Shown piece by piece: positions 51,885-64,000 of a stretch of 64,000 nt of DNA. This stretch comes from Camelus ferus (lineage: Eukaryota): contig NC_045696.1 of assembly GCF_009834535.1 (NCBI RefSeq), positions 54,748,001 to 54,812,000 of the forward strand. The letters run 5' to 3'. Below the pieces are notes generated by a model. It ran no database searches and had not been told where the DNA came from. It worked only from the letters and a program-made list of their open reading frames with translations. Made by a program: the position numbers and the translations under genes. The number at the start of each line of letters is the position of its first letter. The stretch's first letter is position 1.

Positions 51885-52950
51885 AGTTGGCCATAGACCT
51901 CTGTGTGGAGAGGAGTGGCCTATCCATTAGATGTTTGTGGACCAAAAATTATGAACAAGGACTCCCCTAAAATGCTTGCTGGTCTGATCCACTTGTTTGA
52001 AGACTGCACAATGGCACTGTGACAAAGTAGAGAAAAAAGGGCTGCAGCAGTGGGCTGGCCTTTCCTGTGGGCAATTTGGCTGGCCACTGGTATCCAACCA
52101 GAGGTTGAAGCCCAAGTTGGAAAGCTGGAAGAAGAGCTGAGGTTAGAGAAGGGCATGTGGATGTCTTCTGCTCTGCCGCTTCAGGGCTGGCAGACAAGTC
52201 AGGACAGCAGGATAAGAAGTTGGAAACTTTAGCGTATTGTTATATAAAATTGGGACGGCACAAGATGCCTAGGATTAAGGTCCGAGTATTTGTGACAAAG
52301 CCTGACTGGGACGCTAAGAGGTGGAATCCCTGGAAAAGTGAGGAGAGCAAAGACGAAGATGTTGTGATTGACGGTGAAACAGATGAAACAGCCTGTGCCC
52401 TCCCACCTCTAATACAATGGAAAGCAGAAGCACAGCAATCACAACCCCAGCCAGTGGGGCAGCCCCCAACTCAGGAAACATTCATGATGAGAGAATATAC
52501 TCCTGCTGAGCTTGTGGATAGAGCTGCCAATTTCCAGCAAAAGGCCAGGGAAAGCATCCAGGCTTGTTAGTGAGGTGATGGGATATGGGGTGTGATGGAA
52601 TTTCTCTGACCAACAAGACATTTATGATGTTAGGCAATCCATTACTAGTCTGGGGGAAACTGACAAATCCTGGAAAAAGGTTTAAGGTGGGAAAGACTCA
52701 AGACGGAGGGAACTCATATAGCCAAAAAGCTATCCCAATCTGCTATGAAGGGTCTGGTAAAAATAACCTGGAAATAAATATGCTTTGACCTTGGTGCTGT
52801 TGGGACTTCACCTGAAAAGACAGACCAGCAACCCAACACTGTTGGTTGGCCCACCGAAAGCCTTAAAACCTGAACAAGAGTTCAGACCTCCCCTACCACC
52901 CCTGATGCTCTAGCAGAGGCCTCAGGGATATGGTCCTATTAGAATAGGAT
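51885..52950 (+). pseudogene. gag: Decayed ERV gag (ERV-S/ERV-L-like)
   Basis: Fragments VGWPFLWAIWLA..EAQVGKLEEELRLEK and REYTPAELVDRAANFQQKARESIQA..WDMG resemble the class III gag YTxxEL...QKxGE...W motif. Frameshifts and stops are present. Confidence 0.7.
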
Positions 52951-53009
52951 GCCTCCCAGAGCTCTGATACAGGGTGCAGGCCAAGTGAACCTCCAAGTGA
53001 GGGTCATTG

Positions 53010-53330
53010 GAGATTAGAGGCCTCATGTTGAGCTCACTACTCACTGGTCCCACTGAAATAAACAAAAGGTGGTGGCTTTGCTGATACTTAAGCTGAATGT
53101 ATTCCAATACATGGTCACCCTCAGAAGGTTTCTGGACCCCTCAGTGCCATCAATGGCTACAGAGGATAAACAGTTTTGGTCAGGAAAGTCCCTTTGACAC
53201 TGAAAATTGGGCATGAGAATACATGGTTTTTACCTCTTCAATACCAGAGAACATATTGGACACTGATATCTTACAAAGTCAAACTCTGCAAACCTCTATC
53301 CATGAATTCTGCCTCTGGATTGGAGAAATC
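53010..53330 (+). pseudogene. pro: Decayed retroviral protease
   Basis: D*RPHVELTTHWS..KVVAL(L)DT*AEC (degenerate DTG at ~53083-53091) and ENILDTDIL (ILGxD motif). Confidence 0.75.
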
Positions 53331-53354
53331 AAACCAGTACTGAAGGGATACACC

Positions 53355-54322
53355 AACTGGGAACCAATAAGTCTACCACCCTCCACAAAGAGTGGTAACT
53401 GTCAAACAATATAAATTGCCTGAGGGGCACATGGAAACAGGAGAAACTATCAGAGAACAGCATCCAGTAGGTATTGTACAGTCCATCCACAGTGCTTTCA
53501 ACAGCTTGGCATGGCTGGTGAAAAAGTCAGATGGCTCATGGCAGGTGACCTTGGACTACTGAGAATTGAACAAGGTAGTTCTCACATCACATGGCTGTGC
53601 CCAACTTTGCTACCATCTTAGATACCTTGGCCATGGACCCAGGAGTGGACCATGCTGTACTGGATTTATCAAATGCTTTATTCTGTAAACCTCCCAGCCA
53701 CTGAATTGCAAAATCAGTTTGCCTTCACATGGGAAGGGCAAACGCTTCCCCAAGGCTACCCACACAGCCCCACAGTATGTCATGGATGGTAATCCAGGAC
53801 ACGTTGAAGTTCTTCTTCCCCACATCAGTTAAACAGGTCCATTACACTGATGACAGTTAACACGTGAAGACTTGTCTCTGCTGCAGGACACTGCAGATTT
53901 TACTGGAACATCTGTGAGGGAGAGGATGGGGGTGAACACATAGAAAATTCAAAGTCCAGGCACTGCTGTAAAGGTTTTTCACATTATTTGATCAGGTAAG
54001 ATGCACGTTGTCCCAGAAACTGTGACTGACAAGGCGCAAGCCTATCCAACCCATCAGAACATGAAAGAGGTGTACGTTTTTGCAGGGATTTGGGGGGGTT
54101 TGGAGGACTTTTATTTCCCAGGCATAAGTACCCCCATCCTTTATACCTCCTGGTAAAGAAAGAGCATATGCGGGACTGGGGATCAGAGCAGGAAGCTGCT
54201 TTTGAGAAGGTAAAAATGCTAGTGAAACAGACAAAAACTCTGGCATCTACCAAGCAGGGCTACCATGTGAGTAAAAGCGTGGTGTGGGCACTGTGGCAGA
54301 GACCACAGAAGTTAGAGTACCC
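53355..54322 (+). pseudogene. pol: Decayed reverse transcriptase/connection domain, 3'-truncated
   Basis: KQYKLPEGH...SAFNSLAWLVKKSDGSWQVTLDY*ELNKVV (53404-53580), VLDLSNALF, QFAFTWEGQ, LPQGYPHSPTVCHG, HYTDD (YTDD 53843-53854), WGSEQEAAFEKVK. Confidence 0.9.
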
Positions 54323-56192
54323 AGCTTTAGAAGGGTACTCTCCTTTTACTAAATTCTCTGCCTGAAGCACTCATTACTAGTCATAAATGGTAAATGAATA
54401 AAAGGCCTAAGGTTAGTGATTTACCTGTATCAGGGAAATGAGAAGTGATATTTTCAGAGTAAAACTAGAGAAATAAAATGAAGAAAAAACATCGTCTAAA
54501 GTATTTGAAAATACCCCTAAAAACTTTTCAAAGCCTAAATAAATTAATGTCACGTATCTCCTCTAATTAAACCTACCTTTTCTAAAGAACCAACATCAAG
54601 ATAAATAATAATTATTCATATTTTTGTTTTGTTTAATTTATGTGTGTTGTGGATTAGGACCTATTTTTTATTTTAAATGTGCAATGTTTCAGAAGCATTA
54701 TGCTTAATATAGGTTTATATGAGTAATCTGGGATCCCAATTATCATTTATGACATTCATGACATTGCTTCTATAAGGAAGTAAGTTCCAAGTTCCCACGA
54801 TGAATTTATAAATGAGGTTTCGGGACACAACCTATTTGCAAGTTGGAGATGTTTTATATCTTTCATTAGCATACTATGTGATCTTTGCAAAATGCTTCTA
54901 CCTGTTATTTAAGTCCTTCCCTACCACTCTGGAATAGGGAAGTAGGCAACAGCTGCTTTGGTTCCTTCTTTCTCCATCTGAGATTCATACCTGCATATCC
55001 ATAAACCAATGGCCAAGCCTGTTCTCCTCATTTTTCTCAACCACTTCCTTCCAATTTATATTTAAAAATACCTGTTCTGAAGCAAAACTCATACATGAGA
55101 GTTTCCTAAGATGCTAGAGATATTCTTTGCCTTTATTGCTTGGTATTACATGGGTACATATAAGTGTAATAATCAGTTGAGCTCTCCACTTAAGATTTGT
55201 GCAGTTTTGGTAATTATAGTTGGTATAGTTTTTTTTTCTTTTTTGAAATCTTACCTTTTCTAAATTCCATAAGTAACCCTATAAGTTAATCAAAGGCAAT
55301 GAATCATTGTTCATAGTGAGTTATTTATCCCTGCTATATGATATATCTGCATTTTAATTAACACAATCATCAACTTTAAGCCAAGCCACACAAATAGAAT
55401 GAGGATAATGTTTAAACTTTTAAGAGCTAGTGCTTAGTTGATGGATTTGTTTTAGGATGTTCATCTCTACATATTTCAAATCATCTCACTTTTCTTTCCA
55501 GAGCATAATTCTTGACTAAGGGTGTTGTATACTAAAGTTGTTGAAGTGTTCACAATACTAGCAAAGGTACTAGTGGTAAGTCTAGAACCTGACAGTGGGA
55601 GCCAGTTTTAGGAGAAAAATTTGTTGAAGAAAGTTTATATTGCCTCAAACTGGAAGAGTTAGATAAAGAGATTTTAGATAAGATCTCACCACTTTTGAAG
55701 TTAGGGGTTCATTTCAGAAGCTGATGATTGTCTTCATATACGCTTATGCATATATGTGCCATATATATATGTATATCCATACATACGTATGTAGAGAGTG
55801 AGAGAGAACATATATAGAGAGATATAGAACTATCTTTCATTTGTATGAAAAAAAGATCTTCAAGCAAAAATTTAAAATCTCAGAAGCATTAAATTTAAAT
55901 GAATATATAATGAATTTATTATATATTCATATATTATAGGTAAATATATATGTATATATATGTGTATATGTATATCACTTTTATCTACAATAAAAATGAT
56001 TCTGCTTAGTTAATGCCAGAAATTACAGGAGAGGATGTCACCAAATGAAATGAATATGGATTCTAACCTGAAATTTAGCATTACTATGAATGCCCTGATC
56101 AGAGTAACAGTCTCCAGTTTAACACTCTGCTTGACCATGAGATCTCAATGTGGCATAGTCTTTAGGAAATAAAAAGAGTTTTTCCACATCTA

Positions 56193-56670
56193 GTATATTT
56201 ATACAATGGAATACTATTCAGCCATAAAAACCGACAACATATCGCCATTTGCAGCAACATGGATGTCCCAGGTGATGTCATTCTAAGAGAAGTAAGCCAG
56301 AAAGAGAAAGAAAAATACCATATGAGATCGCTCATATGTGGAATCTAAAAAAAAAAAGAAGAAGAAGAAGAACATAAATACAAAACAGAAACAGAGTCAT
56401 AGACATAGAATACAAACTTGTGGTTGCCAAGGGGGTGAGGGGTGGGAAGGGATAGATTGGGATTTCAAAATTTGTAGATACTGACAGGCATATGTAGAAT
56501 AAATAAACAAGATTATACTGTATAGCACAAGGAAATATATACAAGATCTTGTAACTCACAGTGGAAAAAAAATGTGACAATGAATATATAACTGAAAAAT
56601 TGTGCTCCACACTGGAATTTGACGCAACATTGTAAAATGACTATAACTCAATTAAAAAATGTTAAAAAAA
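56193..56670 (+). mobile_element. Young L1 3' end (same subfamily as 36171-37122)
   Basis: tacaatggaatactattcagcc...gactataactcaattaaaaaatgttaaaa. TSD aaaaagagtttt (56171-56182, 56666-56677). Confidence 0.9.
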
Positions 56671-57104
56671 GAGTTTTCCCTTCTCTGATCGATGATGAGA
56701 TATTTTAAATATGTACACATGTTTAAAAAGTTAAGACATTTTAGACACAACTCAATAAATTAACCCAACATACCATGTTTCTCAGATAAAAATGGAAGCA
56801 CAGTATAAGGGCCTGCACTAGCCATCCACAAAGGACTACCACTCACGTTACTCTATTCCATCCTTTTCCCCTTTTCAGCACTCACCAAACACATTTTCAC
56901 TAGCTAATGACATGATATATACAAATATATGTGTGTAGCCATATATATACATATACATAGTCCTACGCACTAGAATAAAAGCATAGAAGGGCGAAGACTG
57001 TTTTTGTCTTTTGTTGTTCTATCGCTTTTAGTAGCTAGCAACAATACTTGGGATACAATAGTTGTTCAATAAAAATGTTCTGCTTGTCTGACTCATTTCA
57101 TCCT

Positions 57105-57705
57105 GTCCTGCCACTGTAACACATTACCACAAACAATTAAAACAACAAAATTTATTATTTTACAATTTCTATAGGTCAGAAATCCAGGCACAATGTAACT
57201 TTCCCAGGCTTCCTAAGGCCAAAATCAAGGTGCTCCTTTCTGTAGATTCTGCAGATGGATCCCCTTTCAAGCTCAGATAATTGGCTGAATTCAGTTCCAT
57301 GCTGTTTTGGCACGGAGGCCCACATACTCTCCTTTGGCCAGGGGTCATTTTCAGCTTCTGGAGGCTGGCTTAGCTCATGGCCCCGTCTCTACCTTCAAAG
57401 CCAGCAACAGTGAGTAGACTCCACCTCATGCTTTGAATCTCTCTGATTTCCCGTTTTACCTCATATCTCCTCTGTGTTCCTATTCTGCCACAACTCTCTG
57501 ACTAACTCTTCTACCCATCTCATCTGTTTTAAAGCTCACAAGATTGCATTATCTTAGCCAGATAACCTTCCTGTTTTAAGGTCAGTTGATTAGTAACCTT
57601 AATTCCATCTCAAAAGCTTCTTCACAGCAGCACCTAGATTCATGTTTTTTCAATAATAAGGGATGAGAATTTTGGAGGTACATCTTCAGAATTTTGTCTA
57701 CTACA
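57105..57705 (-). mobile_element. MLT1E-like MaLR solo LTR
   Basis: tgtaacacattaccacaaac..ttaaaacaacaaaatttatt...ccttcaaagccagcaa...aaccttaattccatct...cagaattttgtctactaca. Confidence 0.8.
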
Positions 57706-60542
57706 GTCCTAAAAAATGAGAATGTTTGTGAAACACTTAAAGTGCTTGGCTCAGCAGAGAGAAGACACAATATAAACAGTACATGTGATCAGTAACACAC
57801 ATAAACTTTGCCCTACTGCACACATGAAAGTAGAAGTGGGCAGGGAGTTATTTCTACCCTGCATTCTTTAGCCAAACATTTTGAGGTGAATTTTTGGCAA
57901 GTTGCCATGAGTAGCTTGTCTCAAAAGAAAAGTTATGGGAATAGTTACCATATTTTACAGCAGATGCAACTAAGATCCTAGTGAAAGCATAAAAGTATTA
58001 AGTGAAGCCAATCAAAGAAGAAAAAACATGTGGTCCTGGAATTGCTATTCTATTTTCCCCCTTCTAACTCATTTTTACTAATATTTTCAAATTAAATAAG
58101 CACTTCCTTTTTGGAAGGCAAGTTGCAATAAGAAAAAAGAAGCAAGGCAGCGAGGTAAGAATTCTTGGAGGTGGGGTAAAGTATAAGCTTCAAGAAAGAA
58201 TGAAAGAAAACAGATTTTTAACATAGGAACAAAAATGAGAAAAATGAATGATGAGAAAAGAAAGTTAGGTGAATATTAGCTTAAACTAGGCAGAGACTTA
58301 ACAGGAATTACAAAACTGAAAATATCGAGGTTCTTCTCTATAGCTATAGAATTCTTTTTCTCTATTTTACAGTCTGATCCATTAAAAATATACAAACAGA
58401 CAAGAAAAATGATACCGTATCCTGATATTAGTTAATATGCTGGTTTTCTTCCAATTTCCTATTCCTCTATGCAATTAACTCTCTCATCAATAAAAAGAAA
58501 CATCAGTGCAGATGCTAGAAATCTGAAGCTAATCTACAAAGACTTGTGACCAGTACACAGTTATCAGTGCCATAGATAAGAAACTTCATTTAGGTATTGG
58601 GATAAAGGAAATTACTTTAAAGACTGCATCACACCAGATACAATACACTGCAGTACTAGCTTTTAATCTCAAAACTGAATGTGCATATTCTCAATCCTTG
58701 GTTTACCTATAGCAATTTCCTTCCAGGAGCTGTCTTCTAATTTCCCTTGGTAACTCCCCAAATGCCCTACATATTGCTCTATCTCTGAAGCTAATATCAT
58801 GCCCATGCAACTTTAGAATCTGAATCGCTACTCAGACGTTCTTTGGAGACATTCCTAATGAGTTTATTATCAATGTTCTTACTACATATTCCCCTTGTGG
58901 GCTTTTACTGACTTCACCCATAAATCTGATTCTCATAACAAATTCATCTTTGAGAGGATCTCCCATCTGCCCTTTTAGCACAGATTTTGCCTTTCTCTTC
59001 TTCCTTTTCATTTTGTGGTTTTCACATGCCTCTTTGTCTTTAATGAACTTTAAAGGAGAAGAGCAAGAACTAGCACCTGGAGCCACAGTGAACACTGCTG
59101 TCCTCTGGACTGTCACTGAGAGAGTCAGTGTCAGTCTGTGTGGATGGGGTGGAGAGAACTGATGCCTGTCTAAAAGCCATCCCCATGCTGTCTCTCCAGA
59201 CAGCCTCAGAACAGCCACCATTTACTTAATTGTCACCAGATCAAGGATTTAATGATGGTTTCCAACACTTGAAGACAGAAGACTGATCACAGAACTGAAA
59301 CGTGAAATCCTTGTGACTCATAGCTCTCCTTATTTCTTTTTAAGCAGAAAGTTTGCTTTTCAGTTAAGAGAAGATGTTAATTTCTAGCTGTCTGGTAGTT
59401 TCTAGATAACTTAAGCCTAACTAACCTAATTCTCCTTTCTTATTTGAATCATTACATTGCCTCTTGAGTCATCCATTAGTCTTGAATTTAAAGGCTATCA
59501 TGACCAAGATACAACCAGATGTATTGTAAAACCTCTTTTATTTTTTTCCATTATTATTTTTCCTATTAACTTTCTACACAACAAATCTAAAAGCCATTCT
59601 AAGATTGCTTTACAGCTGTGCATTTCATTCTAGTAAAGTTTTATTCTTTTTTGTGCATTTGTTGTTAGCATTTAAATACCATTCTCTGCTCAAAATATTT
59701 GACCCACTAAAAATCAAAAAACAAACAAGCAAGCAAACAGAACCCAACTTTCCTCCTTGGTCTAGCTTTCACGGCCTTCCAAAATTTGTACCCAACCAAT
59801 TTATCCAAACTTGAAGGAAACATCTTCCTTCAAAATCTTCCACTCTACTTTGCTTCATTCATCGAAGGCCCATTTTAAGAAGCATTGTAATATCTTCGTG
59901 GCCAGGCAGTAAATATGTGAAGAAGCTTCATGTAAGATACAGGGATAGTATGGGTCTAGTCTCTTTTACCAGGCTGGCTCTTTCTAAGTACATTCAAAAT
60001 TGTTTATTTTTTTTTAAGTTAACGAGCTTTATTTTTAAAGCAGTTTGTTTTATAGAAAAACTGTGCAGAAAATGCAGAGAGTTCCTATATACCCCCTCAT
60101 ATCTGCTGACCCAATTTAAACCTCCAGCTTCCAGATTCTCACTCACTTACGTCTTGGACCATTCTTGCCACTCCTCTGCTCTCGTAAAAGAAATCTAGCT
60201 CACATAAATATCTTATAAAAACTGCCCATAAGAAGTCAGGCACTAATTTTCATAAAATAAATCACTTACTTTTTTACTGCTGGAAGCACATAGGACTTTT
60301 TATTCTATGACCTTACAAGGCTAATGGGAACTTCTTGTATTAGTTATTTCCTTCATTTACAATGTAAATATGTATGATAAATGAGGTGAAATAGTGCCTT
60401 GGTGGGCCTAGGCTTTTTAAAAGTGCAGTTAATTGAGTTAAACCTTTAATCCAACTACTTTTCCAGTGGTATTGTTTTTATACTGTAAGACTTTTGTATA
60501 CTTTTTAACATTTTAATTGAAAAAAGACAGGTTCTTTGTTAA

Positions 60543-61013
60543 TGTAACTGTGCCATTTCAGGTGTTCTGAGTGCAGAAGACAGGACACCCAGTTGGGAGC
60601 AGGAAAGCAAACGACTGACGGGAGGAAACGAATGCCTGTGAGGGATAAGGGGGAAGGAAAGAAGGAGCAGGTTGGAAGAGAGCTCACAAGTCTGACACTC
60701 TGGACAAAAGAGAGGGAAGGAAGGATTGTGAGGAAAAGTCCTCAGACCACAAGGCAGTTCTAAGAAAGTTTCATCCAGGATGACAGGGAATCTTGAAGCC
60801 AAAGGTGCTGGTTGGAGGACTCTCATATGAGGCAGAAAGAGCCTGATTCAGTTCCTTTAGCCATGCTTGGTCATCGGCTCGGAGCAGCACTAATGTGCCC
60901 ACGGTCCATGGTCAATCTGATGATCCAGCAGCTACCAGCTGTCAATCAGCTATGCAACCCACAGCAGGTTCACTGAAGAGATACCTGAGCAGGACACCTT
61001 TATAGTTACCACA
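60543..61013 (-). mobile_element. LTR16-like ERVL solo LTR
   Basis: TG...CA termini; atgcctgtgagggataagggggaagg..ggagcagg, cctcagaccacaaggcagttctaagaaagtttc. Confidence 0.7.
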
Positions 61014-61514
61014 AGAAGTCAGCAAAAATTTCCAAACAGTATATTTCTGCAAAGAACATTCGATTATAGCAATACCAATACATACTGCTGTAGGTATCAT
61101 TATCTATCTTCTCAATTATCTTTAATTTTCCTTTTCACTCTGTAACTCCATCCTACATTTCTGCCAGGTGTTATTAGAACTAAATTATCCTGACTCTCCC
61201 AAGTGTCTTTCGTCTGTTAGCTTTCTTTCAGTCATCTGGTGAAATTAAACGTAACATATCCCAGTAGTAGCAGTAATATGATAAAGTAGATATTGCTTTA
61301 TGCAAGGAATGACTGTATATGTGGAAAAGTTGTGTAAATAGCAGTTTCAAATTAAACACATTTTAAATATCATTCTACTGAGAAAACTTTTTATTTAAAT
61401 AAAACAAAACTTATTTTATAGAGTGAGCACACCTTTTATAACATAAACACTTTTCCACTACACTTTTTTTTCACAACCAGAAGTTGCATTTAGTTCTAGT
61501 CTCCTGTGTTCTCT

Positions 61515-64000
61515 CACCAGAATGAATCTAAACTAGAAATTGATAACAAAAAGATCTAGAAAATTCTCTAATATTTGTATATTAAATAATGTGACCTTAG
61601 TGACATAGGGAAAAATAAGAAATCACAAGGAAAATCAGAAAATCTTTTGATCTGAAAAAAATGAAAATACAACTTAGGAAAATGTGTGACACTGCTAAAG
61701 CAGTCTGAGAGTGAGTTTTATAGGTTTTAGGGCTTATGATAGATAAGGATGAGTAGTGTCAAATGAGTGAACTGTGCTCCCAACTTCAAAAGTAGTAACG
61801 GAAGAGCAATGTAAGTACAAGGTAAACATAAGCAAGGGGATTATACAGATAGTGGCAAAAAATTAATCAAATAGAAAATAAACAAAAAAGTTGAGAAAAT
61901 CCAGGAAACCCAATGCAAGTTCTATAAGATCGATATAGTCAATGTATTTCTAGCCATATTTATATTTATCTGGTAAAAAAGACGAGACTCAAACTATGAA
62001 TATCAAGAATTAAAAAGGAACATCATTACAAAAAAGGTTTGTCAATAAAATCCACAACTTAGGTTAAATGGATAGAGTACAAACTACTAGAGCAAATTCA
62101 AGAAGAAATAATCTCAGTAGTCCGTAACACTAAAAGAAATTCAAAGGTTCAAAACCCTTGCCACAAAGACAACTCCAGGCTCAGATGTTTTCAATGATGT
62201 TATAAAACTTTGAAGGTAGACATAATACCAATCCTAAACAAATGCTTCTGGAAGAAAATAGATTACTTCCCAGTTCATTTAAGAGTCCAGCATCATCCTG
62301 ATGCCAAAAACAATAAAGCAAAAGTACAAAAAAAAAACCCCAAAAAACCCTACAGACTGATATTCATCATGATCAAAGATAGAAAAATCCATCTTTAACA
62401 AATTAAACTCAGCAATATATAAAAAGGATAATACACTACAATTGGAGTGTATCTTATACATTCTAGTTTGCTTTAATATTAAAAAAAAAACTCAAAAATA
62501 CAAATGTGTATGGTCAATATTAAAGAATAAGAAAGAAAAATTATATATTCATCTCTATCAATATACAACTAGTTATGATAAAAAAACTCAGCATATTAGG
62601 AATAGAAGTCTCATAAAGAGCATCTACAGAACACCTACAACTAACATAATGCTTAATAGTAAAAACTGAACGTTTTCCCCCTATAATTAGTAAAAACTGA
62701 ACGTTTTCCCCCTGTAACTAGTAAACAGGTTCTAGCCAGTGCAAAAAGACAAGAAGTAGAAATAGACAGAATTTGGAAAGACACAAGTCCTCTCAGACAA
62801 TTGTAGATAATTCTTCCCCAAAGTCTCCAAAAACTTAAGGGAGTTAATATACCAAATTTTCATGTGCAAGGTCAGTATACCAAAGTTAATTAAATTTCTA
62901 TCTACTAGTAACAATTGTAAATTATTTTCAAAATTTGCATCATTTATAATAGCATCAAAAATATGAAATATTTGGTGATAAAAATAACAAGATATGTGTA
63001 AGATCTATGTGCTTAAAGCTACAATTGTTGAAATAAATTAAAGAAGACCTTAGTATGTAGAGAGATATATCATGTTCATGAATGCTATACTATTACATTG
63101 GTAATTCTCCCCCAAACTTATAGATTCAAAACAATCTCAAACAAAATTTCAGTAGGTCATTTAAAGAAACTGACTAGCTGACTTTAAAATTAATATGGAA
63201 CTGTAGAGCCCCCAGAGTAGTTAAAATAATTTGAAAAGGAAAAAATCAGAGAATACATATACCTGATTTCAAGATTAGTATAAGTTAGTATAAAGCACAG
63301 CAATCAAGGCAGTGTGATCTTTGCATAAATATAGACATATGGGTTAATGGCACAGAAAAAAAAGTCCAGAAATAGACATGTATGGTCAACTGATTGTCAA
63401 CAAAGATGTTATGGAATTTCATTGTGAAAATTTTAGTCTTTTCAACAAATTCTACTGGAATAATTGGATATCTATATGCAAAATAATTAAATAAATAACT
63501 AAACCTATCCCTAACCTCACACCATACACAGAATGTAAGCACCTAAATGCCAGAGCTAAAAACTATAAAACTTATAAAAGAAAATATAGCAGAAAATTTT
63601 TGTGACCTTGGGATAGGCAAATATATCCTAGATAGGACAGAAAAAGAATAAAACATAAAATAAAAATCAATACATTGAACTGAATTAAGTTTAATAAATT
63701 TTACTTTTCAAAAGACATTGTTAAGAAAATAAAAAGGCACACAACATTCTGGGAGAAATATATGCAAAACTGGTATCTGATTAAAGATTTATGTCCGGCA
63801 TATATAAAGTATTTTACAAGTCTATAATTATAGAAAGACAAAATCAAATAAAGAGTTTGCAAAATATTTGAATACATACTTCACCAGATATGATATATGA
63901 GTGGGAATATTTATCATCATTCCTCATTGGGTATATGCAGATAACAGCCCTAATGAAATACTACTGCATAGCTACCATAGTAGCTCGAATTAAAAGAACT
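61515..64000 (+). mobile_element. Old L1 ORF2 (decayed), runs off the window end
   Basis: aactagaaattgataacaa, aactccaggctcagatg, aggtcagtatac, tacctgatttcaagatt, ttgtgaccttgggataggcaaa. Confidence 0.8.
62657..62725. repeat. 31-bp tandem duplication (2.2 copies) inside L1
   Basis: tagtaaaaactgaacgttttccccct(a/g)taa(t/c); units start at 62657, 62688 and 62719. Confidence 0.95.

Noticed and set aside
52157..52570. 137-aa gag ORF as a domesticated gene (Fv1-like)
   Set aside because: Flanked by frameshifts and stops, covers only a fragment, and neighbouring pro/pol are equally decayed; no sign of selective preservation.
55735..55975. TA/GA-rich quasi-palindromic stretch
   Set aside because: Ordinary low-complexity decayed microsatellite.

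Overview
Mammalian genomic DNA, very probably from a camelid: it carries a tRNA-Ala-derived Vic-1-type SINE and cetartiodactyl-type L1 3' UTRs. The only protein-coding feature I can support is the distal first exon (exon 1a) of the IgLON neural adhesion gene LSAMP on the minus strand. It encodes MRTYWLHSVWVLGFFLSLFSLQ|G (6026-5960) and sits in a CpG island with a TATA-like box, an Inr, and CTCF and ETS motifs. Bases 1-5959 are the start of its first intron. The remaining ~57 kb is upstream gene desert filled with interspersed repeats: MIR, L2, MER5/MER20, MaLR LTRs, a full MLT1 provirus, and nested L1s of several ages, two of them twin-primed inversions with exact TSDs. The most notable items are (i) a decayed class III (ERV-S/ERV-L-like) provirus whose primer-binding site matches tRNA-Arg(ACG), with two related solo LTRs, and (ii) a 39-bp tandem duplication about 1 kb upstream of the predicted TSS that doubles a full CNC-sMaf (NRF2/BACH1) element. 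I found no convincing novel multi-gene system. Almost all ORFs in the supplied track are chance ORFs or repeat fragments. Repeat boundaries and subfamily names were assigned by eye and are approximate.
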